Source of the DNA: Nymphaea colorata
Taxonomy: Eukaryota
DNA: 64,000 nucleotides
Assembly: GCF_008831285.2 (NCBI RefSeq)
Contig: NC_045138.2
Location: forward strand, 18,042,001 to 18,106,000
Direction: 5' to 3'
In this document: positions 14,324 through 26,079 of the stretch, in pieces
Numbering within the stretch: the first letter of the stretch is position 1
Layout of the letters: each line of letters begins with the position of its first letter
Notes under the pieces: generated by a model
Told to the model about the DNA's origin: nothing
The model's database searches: none
What the model saw: the letters and a program-made list of their open reading frames with translations, nothing else
Position numbers and translations under genes: made by a program

Positions 14324-15447
14324 TAAGAGAACTGTCGGACCATGTTATTGTTTGGACTTCTTAGGCAGGACCAATGGACAAATTGAACAAGTTAGAATCT
14401 ACAAACAAGCTGAACATTGAACTAGGAGCTCCTTCCTGCTCACCAAGAATATGGTCGTTAACTATATCCCAAGGGGGGAAGAGAGAAGCAAAAGTTACTG
14501 TAATGAAGTACAACTGACAAATATTTATCCAATTATGATCTCTTCCCTTGTAAAATTCATTATTTCATTTAATTAGGCTCTACAAGCACAGTACATGAAA
14601 AGTTATCTAAAACAGAAAGCCATAGACCTTGTTATGTTTATCCGAAGTGTTAGTCACACTGAAAATAATTGGCACAGTACCGTTGGTTTTTGGTGCTTGA
14701 AAGAAATAGGTTTAGTGCCGAAAACATACTCACTATGAATGGAAGCACTGGGAAAAGTGAAATCTGGAAAGAAAATGTTTCGCAAAACGCTACAATAAGC
14801 TAACTGGTACGTTTCAAAACGAATGGTGTGAAGGGCGAAACAAAATTTAGAAAAAGCATGCAAGTTTGATGGTAACTATGATGAAAAAGTAATGGAACAG
14901 AGTCTACTTTATCTCCACGTAATCATTGAGCAGGTGTTTGGAAACAAGAACAGTAACACCATGTTTCATGAATATAATAAATATGAAGAAAACAATGAAA
15001 CATAGGCTAGTGTTTGGCAATAGGAACAGTAACACAACGTTTCATGAATTCAACCAAAAAATGACGACAGATCCAAGTAATATTCGAACCTTTAACTGAT
15101 TATGAAACATTGTGTTGGTATTCCTGTTACCAAACGGCCCCAAGAAGACTTTTTGTATCTCGTTCCTAGAATACAAAGATCATGAAGACACATTTTCTCT
15201 CCTGGAATGGAACCGAAAAATGTACTCTCCCCATTAACATGAAGCATCCATTCTGCAGTGTTTCCCGAATACCAAGGATCATAGGATAGGAGGTTATATA
15301 TTGTTGCCAGATAAAGTATGAAAATCTTTAAAAATTCGCTTCTCTCAAACCAAAATTTCTGGCTCTACTACTTGTTAAAAGTTCAATAACTCCTCCACAA
15401 GTCTAAAAACATAAGGTTCTTGGCAAGCAAGGGACATGAACAAGGAG

Positions 15448-15620
15448 CCGTGACGGAGGCACATGTGGGCTAGTATAGGCAATCACTTACCTGCACAAGA
15501 CCACCCAAATTGCTTATTTATGTCAGTCTCTTATACTCTCATTTGCTAATTGTCTACATAAAGGTGCCCCTCGGCCATTGGTTTTTTTGGAGAGTTGAAA
15601 AATTTCTAGCTCCGTCCCTT
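15448..15620. mobile_element. Short non-autonomous element of the CAGTGGCGGAGCC-terminus family
   Basis: Imperfect TIRs CCGTGACGGAGG / GCTCCGTCCCTT. Similar termini at 5291, 8588, 42157-42359, 56377-56526, 56630 and 61796. Confidence 0.45.
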
Positions 15621-16590
15621 GTAAGTGACCTCATGTTCGAGGCGCGATATATGGAAGGCTGTTGATTCTTCTATCGTGAAACCCATTTATATCAATAAGA
15701 AGGGAACAAGAAAGCCTGAGATAAGGCTCCTCCATGAGCCTACAAGGACCACTTATAAGTGTCGCGACGAAGTTGAAAGGACGTCACAAGTTTTGAAACC
15801 TATAAGGTGCATCCCTTGCCATAAGGTGGAAGCTAGGTGTATTCTTTGCATGAGATTGGAGGGGACCTCATCTACGAAGAGATGGGGACCTCTCTAAGTT
15901 TTTACCCAATGTTGTCCATATTGGGATGTTGCCTGACATGCTTCCCAACTCTCTATTCCAAAAAAATTGAAATTAATCTATAAATAAATTTAGAAAACTC
16001 GATTGTTTCAGTAGTTTTGGCAATGAACCAACTGTGATGTGTATCGACTGAAACGGGCCAATGCGGTACGACGGCGACAAGTTGCTAGAGTCCGGAGTTC
16101 TTTTTTTCCGTCATAGAGAAATGAGAAGAAAATTATAGAAGATCAAACTTGAGGACAAATCTAAATCCAGTGACAACTCAACTGTTCAGTTTGTCTTTCC
16201 CTTGTCATAACATGGGGGGAAATTAGGTCCACAAATGTGTGTTTTGAGTACGAAGCTATACTTGGATCCAAGCTAGGCGATGTAACCGGAACAAAAGGTT
16301 AATTCCTCACACTGTTCTCCATGCTATTTCATGTCCTTCCATATGAAGAGATCTAGTAATTATATCAACTATACTTGCTTAAGTAATTATATCAAGTATA
16401 GATTGAGACCCCAATCGTTTTATATTTTTCATATGTTGCCCTGAAAATAGAGCGTTTTATTTGGGTTGTTAAATGTATTTCCATACTGAACGCATGGTAC
16501 AAGTTGTTGGCGACTATATGTAATCCGTATCCTTATTTCAATTCTAAGGTCATGATGTCCGAGTTTTACCAACTGTTGGCTTGATTAATG

Positions 16591-16593
<3 letters not shown>

Positions 16594-16647
<54 letters not shown>
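16594..16647. repeat. Compound (AT)n(AG)n microsatellite
   Basis: Read directly. Other SSRs: (AT)n ~1849-1888, 4228-4263, 17393-17420, 50429-50471, 63682-63722; (CA)n ~28496-28521; (GA)n ~12320-12343. Confidence 0.95.
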
Positions 16648-17393
16648 ATTTTAGTCAATGCCATCCCATATCAAGGGAATCTCCCCGCTAATGAGAGCCA
16701 GTTTGATTAGAAAAATTATAGGAAAATTAGTATATTTCTGACATGTCGGGGGCAACAACCTTAACTTTTTGCTAAAAAAAATATTTTAAACCTCGTATCA
16801 ACATTCTAATGTAGTTGTAAATACTATTTGAACATAAAATATGTCTTCGTTCAAGCTACTGTTAACAAAAAGCATTGTTTTTTCCACTACTAAAAATTTG
16901 ATGTCTTAATAGCCGTTCATTTTGTGATTATTATAGAGACATGTTAAATTTAAAAAGTGACTATCTTAGCTTAGCATATGATTATCATCAAATCATCCCT
17001 AAGGTCATATCTATATGATTAGATTATATAAAAAGTGTTTAAACAATTAATTTTGAATGCTCTAGTATCTAGAGTTAGAGTATATAGCTGGCTGAGTTTT
17101 TTAAAATTATCTCAAAATGTGCGTTCTATTGCTAAACACCTTGGCCAAGTAAGTGTAATCATCAATACTGGTTTTGTGATTGTTTTTAATAAAAAAAAAA
17201 TAAAAATAACCATTAAACCATTGAGGTAGTTGGCTATATATATTAAATCAAATTGTTAAAAATTACCACAAAATGTGCGTTTACGAAGGCTAATTGCTGA
17301 GTTATAGTTTTTCAAAATGGACGTATCTTTTGCGACGGTTTTAAATGACATAAAGCAAAAAAAAAACCATTTAATCACAGAGATAACAAGTCG

Positions 17394-17424
<31 letters not shown>

Positions 17425-20049
17425 CTATGTTAGTTGTATTTTAAAAATTTATTTCCATTTACATAATTGATAAGGGCAAAAGACTTTTTAAAAATGTGCT
17501 TTAATTATGTTACGCGACGTTCATTGCTTGCTTGGTTGGAGTTGAGAGGCTGGTTATACAAACCGGAGAGTATCCAAGACGACAACATCTGCCGTGAACG
17601 GCAGAAATGCCTCCGCTTTTCCCTTTCTAATTTCTCCTCGATACTTTTATTACGGAGCAAAGCAAGCAGAGACTTACGACAGCGTCCTGCAACGCAATAA
17701 GATCCGGCAAAATCTGGGAAAAAGGTTGCGCGCCAATCTCCACGCTTTTGGACCCTGCAAAAGGAGTCAGCGAATCCGACGCCATTCCAGCTCCGCCCAT
17801 ACCTGGCCATGGACAGACCGGTAGGCCCAGCCTCCTGTCCCGTCGGACGCGGCTAGGCTCACTCTCGGGCACCGCGCTGGGTCCCAGTACAGAGTCAAGC
17901 CCGAGGCTACCTATTTGCCCACATGGGCGCTGCTGTAGGTGGGGTGTCCTTGCCGTCGCACAGGGCCAGGGGACCCGTTTCGGGCGGGTCCTCTGCTTGC
18001 ACAGGGCAGTCAGCGCTGCTGCTTTCTGCGTCATCGTTCAGACGCACTACGCCTATACCGCCGTCTGCATCTGGGCTGGTGCCGGAAAGTTGAGAGTGAA
18101 CGCTGCCGTTTCGGGGAAACGCGCCAGGCCTGAGCGGCCGTGGGCTCCGCCACGTTCCGGCCATTGGCAGTGCAGGGAGACGCAAACTCCTCGAAATGGC
18201 GCCCACAAGTCACATGCCATGACCCCCGAGACGGGACCCCACCGACAAGTACGAAGCAAAGCGGGAGATATCGGCTTTCTTCTGGGGTCGCCCGGTGACC
18301 AACTTTCTGAAAGGGCAGCCAGATTTCCAACTATGGGGATGAAATAAATTGCAGCGATGAGCATGAGAAATGGAATGTGTAAAATTGCATACCAATGTTC
18401 TTCATTCTACGCCCAAAAAAATGATACAGTGATCTTGAAAACTGATTTGCAATTTAAAAATGAAAAGTGCGAACAAATATGTTTGTACGGGCTCAGTACA
18501 TTTTTGCACTAAAAAAGATTCAAGTATGATTACTTTTATAAAAGGTCAACAGATATTAAAAAAAATTATATAATCTCTCTCATGTACTGTGATCTTTTTA
18601 TTGGGTTGGTGCAATGGACGAACAAGGTAGGTAGGCAGAACATCAACCCCAACAATCACTTGTCTCAAGCTCTCTTAAGATTGTCAAGTGAAAAGATGAT
18701 AAACTGAGTAAACTCTACGTGAAAAGATCTATATCTACAGACATTGGAAAGATAATGAACTGAGAAAATTCTGAGTAGATCGATAACCCAATATGCAAAA
18801 ATAATTTGGTGAAGTAGAGAGTACCAATAAAAAGACGTCGAGAAAGAATAAAGCGAAAGAAAAGAACAAAAAAGATGTTGAGATTCTTTGCAATTAGAAG
18901 TGGATGATTTGGGATCAAGCGGCCATTGGAAATGAGCTTATGCAGGTGGATTGAATTAGGTAGACCCTCCCTCACTATTAGGAAGTGGAAAGTATTTTAA
19001 TAGATCAAATATTTTATATCGCGGAAAGCTTAAGGTACAGCTGTATACAATATTAACACTGGGAAAGGAAAGAAGCATAAACCGTGGGCACAAATATCAG
19101 GTCGACAATTCGCATGGCGTTATCGAGATGTCGACACTTTTTGTTATTCTTACCGCACAGGCGCCGTTATTTAACTTTCACTTAAACTGTAATCGGCCAC
19201 AAAAGTTTGCGAAAAATTTCTTATGAAGGAATGGAGGTGACAGTTTTCCCCTCAGCGAAAGCGTCTCTACGATCCCTTCTGTGGATGTGGGATGATATCC
19301 GGAACACAAATATCATACCCGCAAACGGACAATGCCTTGAACAAAAATATCAGAATTCATCCCACTATTAACGGTGCAAAACTTTTAATACAAGCGACAG
19401 ACCTACTTTCTGAACAACCGAAAAGCGCATCTATTTATTGCAAGATTTTTTCCGGGGAAACTCTGCCCTTATTTTACCGGTGAGGTTCGACGGACCCCTA
19501 GTCGTTGACCAGATGGACCCTCTGGTAAGCTGAAACTAGAGAGGGAGAGAGAGAGCGAGAGAGACTGAAAGTGAGAGGCGGAATGGGGGCGAGTCTGCCG
19601 AAAGCATTTAAGAGGGGCAATAGCGTCAAAACTGAAAAAGTTACAAGGGCTTTCTGGTCCCTCTCGCGATGTCGCCTCACCGGACGCAGACAGCCGCTTC
19701 TTTCCCCACTTCCCGTCCACGACCACCGCCACCACCACCACCACCCGTTGCTCCCCAACCAAAGACTATCCCTCCCCCTCCACAGAAAAAGTACTGACCG
19801 CTTGCGGTCGTCCTCCGGAACGGCGGACAAGGCTCCAAGAAGACCGATACGGACCGAAGCACGCTCTCGCACAATGAATGACTCGTTCCGACGATGATGC
19901 TGGAGACGGTCCACACAAGCGCCAGCAACGACGCAAACCGAAGGCCCCCGCACGTGCGACGATGCATGTTCTTATCAAACGCCAACCACGTACGTGTCAG
20001 CTGGCAGCATCCCGGTTCTCTGCAGCACGCAGAAGGCGCAACCAAATTA

Positions 20050-23000
20050 CTATAAGAGCCCTCCACGCGTTGGGGCTATGGGAAGAAAAGGTGACTCGGA
20101 TACCCAATCATCCTTCTAGGTTAAGACTCAGAATGCGGTCACAGAAAGGAACGACGATCTCGATCCAGATATTGAATCGCGAAGCAGTAAACCTTTTCCT
20201 CGGAAATAAAACTGGTTTGACGAATTATATTTGATATCCAGAAGTCCGTTGGACGGGCTAGTGCTCAACCCGGACCCACATTTCAAGTTTGAACCCGAAG
20301 AGAGACCGATGCCATACTCCGACCACAGATTTCGGTGGTCTGGCATCGAGAACAGAAATGATGTGTCAAGATTTGGATCGTAGCGACCCGGTCGGTAAAG
20401 GGTTGGGAGAAAGGCCAGCACAGGACGTTGGGGACAACTGAGCGCAAACGAACTGGCGCCGGACCCAGAGGACCGAGCCATTCAAAACGGGAGGAAAATG
20501 AGCTGATAGTGTCGGGTTGGAGCATTTACCGTCCTCGTTCGGGTCACCAGTGAAGATGGGCTGGCCGGATCCTGACCGACCCGGAGTAGGGGGAGGGATC
20601 GGGTTCGTAGGAGAGCACGTATCTGAGGAGCTGGTTCTCCCGTTTCGGGCCGACTCGCGCATTTGATGACTCAGGTAGAGCTCCATGGTGGAAGAAGGCT
20701 TGGGCCGTCCCCAGACGGGCTTTAACCGTCCCCTGTTAGAAAAAGGCTCAGGAGTGAGCGAAAGAACTTTGAGAAATTGATCTCATCTCAAGAACGTTCA
20801 TGTAACTATAACGGCTTTTCGGTGAACGGGGGTAGATGAGATACCGGTCTTTTCGCTTCTCCAAGAATCGCTGCACCGATTCCTTTCTCGTTTTGGGGCC
20901 ATCTGCAACGGAGGAGGGTGAGGAGGGCAAGATACGGAATGGGGAAAGCAATCTGTGGAATGACAAAAACGTCCTGAATTATCACGGGAGGGCGTTTCGG
21001 TCACTTGGCTCTCTGATCACCACCATTGGGTGCTGCAGAGGCCACTGGTGACATTCGGTCCACCAATCATCGCGTGCTGCATGGGAGACCCCACAAGAGC
21101 AGCACAGTTTTGAAGGGTGGTTTCCGTAATCTCCAGAACAAGAGAGAGGGGGACAAGTTTGCGAGATTACCGGTTGGCGATGGAGACGAGGACAGGGGCG
21201 GTGGGGCGACGGCCTGAGGAGGAGAGGGCGGCCGAGCTCTGGCGGTTAAGGCGAAGGGGCGGGAGTGGTGGACCTGCGGCATGAAGTTGGGGGACGCCGC
21301 CAGCAGCACGATGGCTCGGGCCTATGGACATCATCATCGTCAACATGAATTCAACGCGAGGAAAAAGGGTAAAATAGGACAACAAAAAAAAGAAAAAGAC
21401 TGATAAAGAAAGGACCTTCTCCGCCGGAACGTCGTCGTAGACATTAACCTTTCCGCCATAGAAGATGGTCATCTGAGATGCAGCATCCCTCGATATAGGC
21501 CTGTGCAAAACCAGATGGAACGCATAGTTGAGAGAGAGTGAGAGAAAGGGAGAGAGTCGGAGAGGATGTAATTTTGCTTCTGTTGAAGGGCCAAAAGTGG
21601 AGTAGATTCAGTCACTGTACCATCTTCAAAATTTGAAAGCTGACGCGAGAGAGATCAATTTGCTTTTTTATCGGCAGGGCCTAAAGGAGGGACACTAATA
21701 AACTGTAGGCGGGTCCTCCCTCCCCACCCACGGCCCCACTCTCTTTCTCTCTCTTACCTCTGAACAGACGTACTGCTAAGTGACTTCCGTCTCCATTAAT
21801 CTAACTATTTTTCCGACTCTCTCTCCCTCTCTCTCTTTGTTGTCAAGATTTTCCCAATTAAGGGCAAAAGAGAGGCATCGGCAAAAAGCTGTAAGGGGAG
21901 TCTCCCATCGCGTGTCCTAGTCTGTGCGATGGAGCGGAGAGAAAACACAAACGGCCTAGAGACAGCAAAACATGTCCCCACGCGAACAGACTCGTGGATA
22001 ATGAGTGAATGACGAATTGTACTACGTATCCACAGAAGGCCTACAGTCCGGCTACCGGCAGTAGGCAGCACGCTTGAGCCTTCGTTGTCTTTCAATGCCT
22101 TGCAAGTTGCAAGTTAGAATCTTTGAACAGGAAAAAAACAGTTTGGAAAGTGGTTAAGACATTTATCGTGAAATAGTCTAACCCAGATAAGAGAAAAAAT
22201 GTTTCACTTGCTCATATCAAAGCCCTCTAAAAGATTAAGCAACCTAAGGGTGCGATTTGGAGGAATCAAGTTTTGCCGTTTTCCAACTTAGAAAACGGAA
22301 GAAATAGGGCTCGCTCCACCAAATGATTGAAAGTCTAGAAACCGCATTTCATAAACTCCTAGCAACCAGAAAAAGTCGCCAAGATTCCATTTATACCCAT
22401 CCTTTTGATTGAAGAATTTTGATGGAATTGGGTTCAAATTCCAAGTACCCCCACCACCCCAGAACAGAAACAATAAAGATGCCTTTACAGACGGTTGTCT
22501 AGAGACAGAGTGACCAACCCCTTTTATTAATTCTAAACTTAAAAGGTGCAGTTCAGCGCATTGCAAGAGCTCGTAAAAGTAAAAAAAAAGGAATGCCAAG
22601 ATGGTCTAAGTGACACCAACGAACGTAAAGTGGCACAAGGTTTGTCTGTATATAGGTAGGAATGGGACACAACCAGACCAGGTAAATCGAGAGATGAAAA
22701 CAAGAAAAAACAGGAAAGCTGCCTCCACTTTACCCCAACCAGGTCTAGTGAGGTAACACTAATGATAATGACGACCAGCTCCCCTTCCATCTTCAGAGTC
22801 TGTTGATGGACTTGGGCATTGTTTTTCATAGTTGCAAAGTAGGCCGCTGGTCTCAGTTCAAACCCCATTGGCCCTATTTGTACTCATACTGGAGACGTCC
22901 AGCAGCACTGTAACCACTTCCCAAACCAATGTCAAAGGAGTCCAAAGACTCCTCTTTCCAAAGTTTCGAACACTGTTTGAAAAGAACATCAGAGGCACGC

Positions 23001-24685
23001 GAATGCAACCATGGCAGTTGCACCACGCCATCAAATCTCTTGCTCATACTAAGAGAACGTATTCGACTGCAAACATCTAGCTACAAAATGTTCGGTCCTA
23101 CTGAAAAGCGTAGACCAGAAATAGGTATTCTAGTATTCTACGGTTCAGACTCCAGAAAGTCTTTCTTAGAGTTAGTGGCTTCGCCGCTATCAGTAGGAAA
23201 AGAACTAAATTTACGATGGACCTAACCTTTTACCTTTTCTTATCCTCACTTATCGAGAGACAATCCTTCATCTGAGCGACCAGAGTCCTCTCATGTATAC
23301 CGCCGGAAGGCCCTCATGGAAGAATGATTCCCATTAAATAGTCTGATCCAGTATATGGGGCCAAATAAGCAAAGGTAACGGGGGAATCGTCAAAGCAATC
23401 TCCAAATGAACCACAACTCTAGGGCTCCGGTCTACTATATTCCACCGTATTGGATTTTGAAGGAACACGAAAATCAGGTTCCGACGCCTCGAACTCGAAC
23501 CCCAAACAGTCGGTCCGGACACATCAAACCCGGGGACGGCAGGCAATGCCAATAATCAAACTACACGAGCAAGCGAACCTTATGCGTCGACAGGGGCAGG
23601 TACGTAACTTTGCGGCATAGGCTTCGAAGCAACTCTAAGACCCCAAGGGGTTTAAGAGACATTTTAAGAGCCAATAAAAATTAGTAAAAGCAGAAAAACT
23701 CCCGTTAACGACCACCCCGAATTAAAAATATATTATATGACACCCCGAATTAAAAATATATTATATGACAAAAATAGAAAAAAGTAGCGAGAAAAAGGGA
23801 CTTACATCGGAAAGTCACCGGCCGGTTCCCGGGAAGCATGGACAAACCCGGTGTCTCCGGCAACGCCCGATCTCGCCACATCAACACCCTCGCCCCTCGG
23901 GCAGAAGACAGGTAGCCGGATCGTCGAGGGCTCCGGTTCCGCAATCGGGGATTCCATATCTGGCTGGACCGATCTTCCCTCCTCCGCACCAGAACCAGAG
24001 GGCGAGCCCTAGTACGGAAAAGAGAAGAAAAATAATTAAAAAAACCCGGAAAAGGGAGGCGAGGTGCTCGGAGTACGAACGATCCGGATAGGAAGGAATT
24101 TGTCCGAGAAAATTTGTCGAAAAAGGAGCGAAAAGAGAGGAATGCTCACCTCAGAGAGGTTCACGGGCTCTTCTCCGGCGCTCTCCGCGGGACAGGCGCC
24201 GCCCGAGGCGGCCGGCGATGTCTTCGGCGGCGATTTCCGGCTGCCGGTCTCCTCCTTCCCAGGCCACGACTCGAAAAGGGCTTTGAGCGACAGGACTTGC
24301 TGAATTGCCTGAGATTTGTTCCAGGACGGCCGTCGCATTCCTTCACAACAGGAAGCAAGAAGCAAGAGGAAGAAACAAAACAGGAAAATGATTGTCAGAT
24401 CGGCGGAATCCCTCGCTATCCCAGAGGACGCCGGAGAAGTAAGCTAGCAGAACAGGTGTTCCACCTTGAGGCCGAAACCCCAGACTCGAGGGCAACGGAG
24501 AGAGAAAACGAGAGAGAGAGAGAGAGGGAGAGTGCGTGTAGGTGTGCGTTGAGCGAAAAGATCGGACCTTTCTCCTTGAGATATCTGCGGCAATCTTCGC
24601 GCGTAAGCTGCGAGATATCCTCCTCAGTCAGCTCCTTCAAGGGCTTGTCCAGCGGCGACCGGAAAGGCACCTCCGATGCCTTCAT
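20050..24685 (-). CDS. PPD: PEAPOD (PPD/TIFY4-type) transcriptional repressor, 9 coding exons, 368 aa
   Basis: Manual splice model, all GT-AG and phase-consistent: 24685-24568, 24340-24150, 24008-23806, 21500-21416, 21321-21171, 21076-21005, 20902-20845, 20732-20530, 20075-20050 (1107 nt incl. TAG). Domains: N-terminal PPD domain (LDKPLKELTEEDISQLTREDCRRYLKEKGMRRPSWNKSQAIQQVLSLKAL), TIFY/ZIM (QMTIFYGGKVNVYDDVPAEKARAIVLLAA), Jas-like (RKESVQRFLEKRKDRGR). The exon 6 donor (A|GTGACC) and the last exon are the least certain. Confidence 0.95.
20530..20902 (-). CDS. PPD: PEAPOD exons 7-8 (Jas-like motif and C-terminal region)
   Basis: GPKTRKESVQRFLEKRKDR, split by a 112-nt intron (20844-20733), then GRLKP...SSTMELYLSHQ..., which resembles PPD C-termini. 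Confidence 0.9.
21171..21500 (-). CDS. PPD: PEAPOD exons 4-5 (TIFY/ZIM domain)
   Basis: 21500-21416 encodes ...QMTIFYGGKVNVYDDVPAEK. 21321-21171 continues ARAIVLLAASP... Canonical splice sites. Confidence 0.95.
23713..23770. repeat. Perfect 28-bp tandem duplication in PPD intron 3
   Basis: CACCCCGAATTAAAAATATATTATATGA occurs at 23713 and 23741. Confidence 0.95.
24150..24685 (-). CDS. PPD: PEAPOD exons 1-2 (PPD domain)
   Basis: ATG at 24685, donor AAAG|GTCCG after 24568, acceptor GAAG|GA at 24340, donor GAG|GTGAGC after 24150. Splicing rebuilds EKGMRRPSWNKSQAIQQV. Confidence 0.95.
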
Positions 24686-24874
24686 CTTGCTACCGGATTC
24701 CGGCCGGCGCGCCGGATTCCTTTCCTCCTCCCCCTCGGCGGATTCCCCTGCCTCCTTTTTTTTTCTTTAATAATAAATAATAACTAATATCTTTTTTCTC
24801 CCCCAAAAACCTCCACTCTCTTTCTCTCTCTCACTTTCTCTCTCTCTCGCTCTCTCTCTCTGCTCCCCGCTCGT

Positions 24875-24937
24875 TTTCCCGCTCGCAGAGTCGCGCTCTG
24901 TTTTCTTACGGCGTCTCACCCCGAGTTGACACGTCAT
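24875..24937 (-). promoter_or_regulatory. PPD proximal promoter motifs: E2F consensus and ACGT-core element
   Basis: TTTCCCGC at 24875-24882 and GACACGTCA at 24928-24936, 190-250 bp upstream of the ATG, next to GA/CT repeats. Confidence 0.35.
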
Positions 24938-26079
24938 ATGCTCTTTGTTCGGGCCGAAATGTCCGAAACACCCCTACCCTTCCCGAAACAGAGCCTTGTC
25001 CTCATTGTTCGCGATATGACACTTTTACCCATCGGGTTTTATTGTCGCCTTTTTCTGGTAGGTCGATGGAGTAACGCCTCCGATAGACCACATTGACGAT
25101 AATACCCTCCTCCGGCTTCCGCCCTTTCCCTGTATCCCATCGCCATCAACGTGGGGTGTAAACGCGAAAAGGAAAAAGAGATAGTGGCATTTTCGATCTT
25201 TCCTTCTAGGAAAAACGGTGGGTGTCCACGTTACGAGACCATGCCGAGGGAGAACCGGTCTGTCGGTTGCCTCACTGTCCACACCTTCGTCCGAACGGGG
25301 TTAACGTTTTCCGGGTCTGGTCATAGTTCTCTCATGGGTATTATCCGTATCCAGATTTGGGTGAAAAAGAGCAGCGGTATACCGACCGCCGCCAAAGCTC
25401 TCCTTGCGAGCAGTCAAATTGGTGAGAACGTGAATCGCATAATTGGGTTTTCATGACTTCCTCATGTTTGGTAAAGTAGGCTTTGGAATCGTAATCACAG
25501 GAATGTTGCCGGTACGTTTCAGATTCAATTCCTGTTAGGTGTTATACTTTCATAGATATTGAAAGTTGACAGTAGCGAAACTACTTGTTGACTGCGGTGA
25601 GCCATTACCTACACCAGCTTCTTAACAATAACATTATCATGTTTCAATATTATATTGTTAACGACTCCAAAATTATGAGCAGTAACCACATCAAATTTGT
25701 GTAAGTGCCCCATGACTAAAAAATCCTGACTCCGCTATTAAGAGCAGAGTCCTGCATCCTTTGAGAACAACTCTCTCTCTCTCTCTCTCTCTGGGTCTTT
25801 GTGTGTGTTTCGCTCTCATGCTTTCATATCAATCCATATTTAGAGAAAAGAAAGGCCGGACATCCCTTTCCCCCACTGAGCAACCTGAGAATACTGCATG
25901 AAACAATATCAAAAAGAGAAATATAGCCATAAATTTCCAAGAAAACACTCATACCACAGGTAGAAACGCTATTCAAAATGCAATGGAAAGGGACGAACTG
26001 GTGAGGACTTTGGGGTTGAAGTGTGTACATGGAAGACCTGCATCGCCATCTCACTCGAGGATTTAGAAATTATGAACTC

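Noticed and set aside
17748..18347. 199-aa ORF, the longest outside the genes
   Set aside because: Non-ATG start, no recognisable domain, and overlapping ORFs on both strands as expected from high GC.
21758..21800. Possible extra PPD micro-exon with a good GTAAG donor
   Set aside because: Purine-rich acceptor region and a stop in the required phase. Exon 3 already splices in frame to exon 4.
24114..24770. 218-aa plus-strand ORF
   Set aside because: Antisense shadow of GC-rich PPD exons 1-2.
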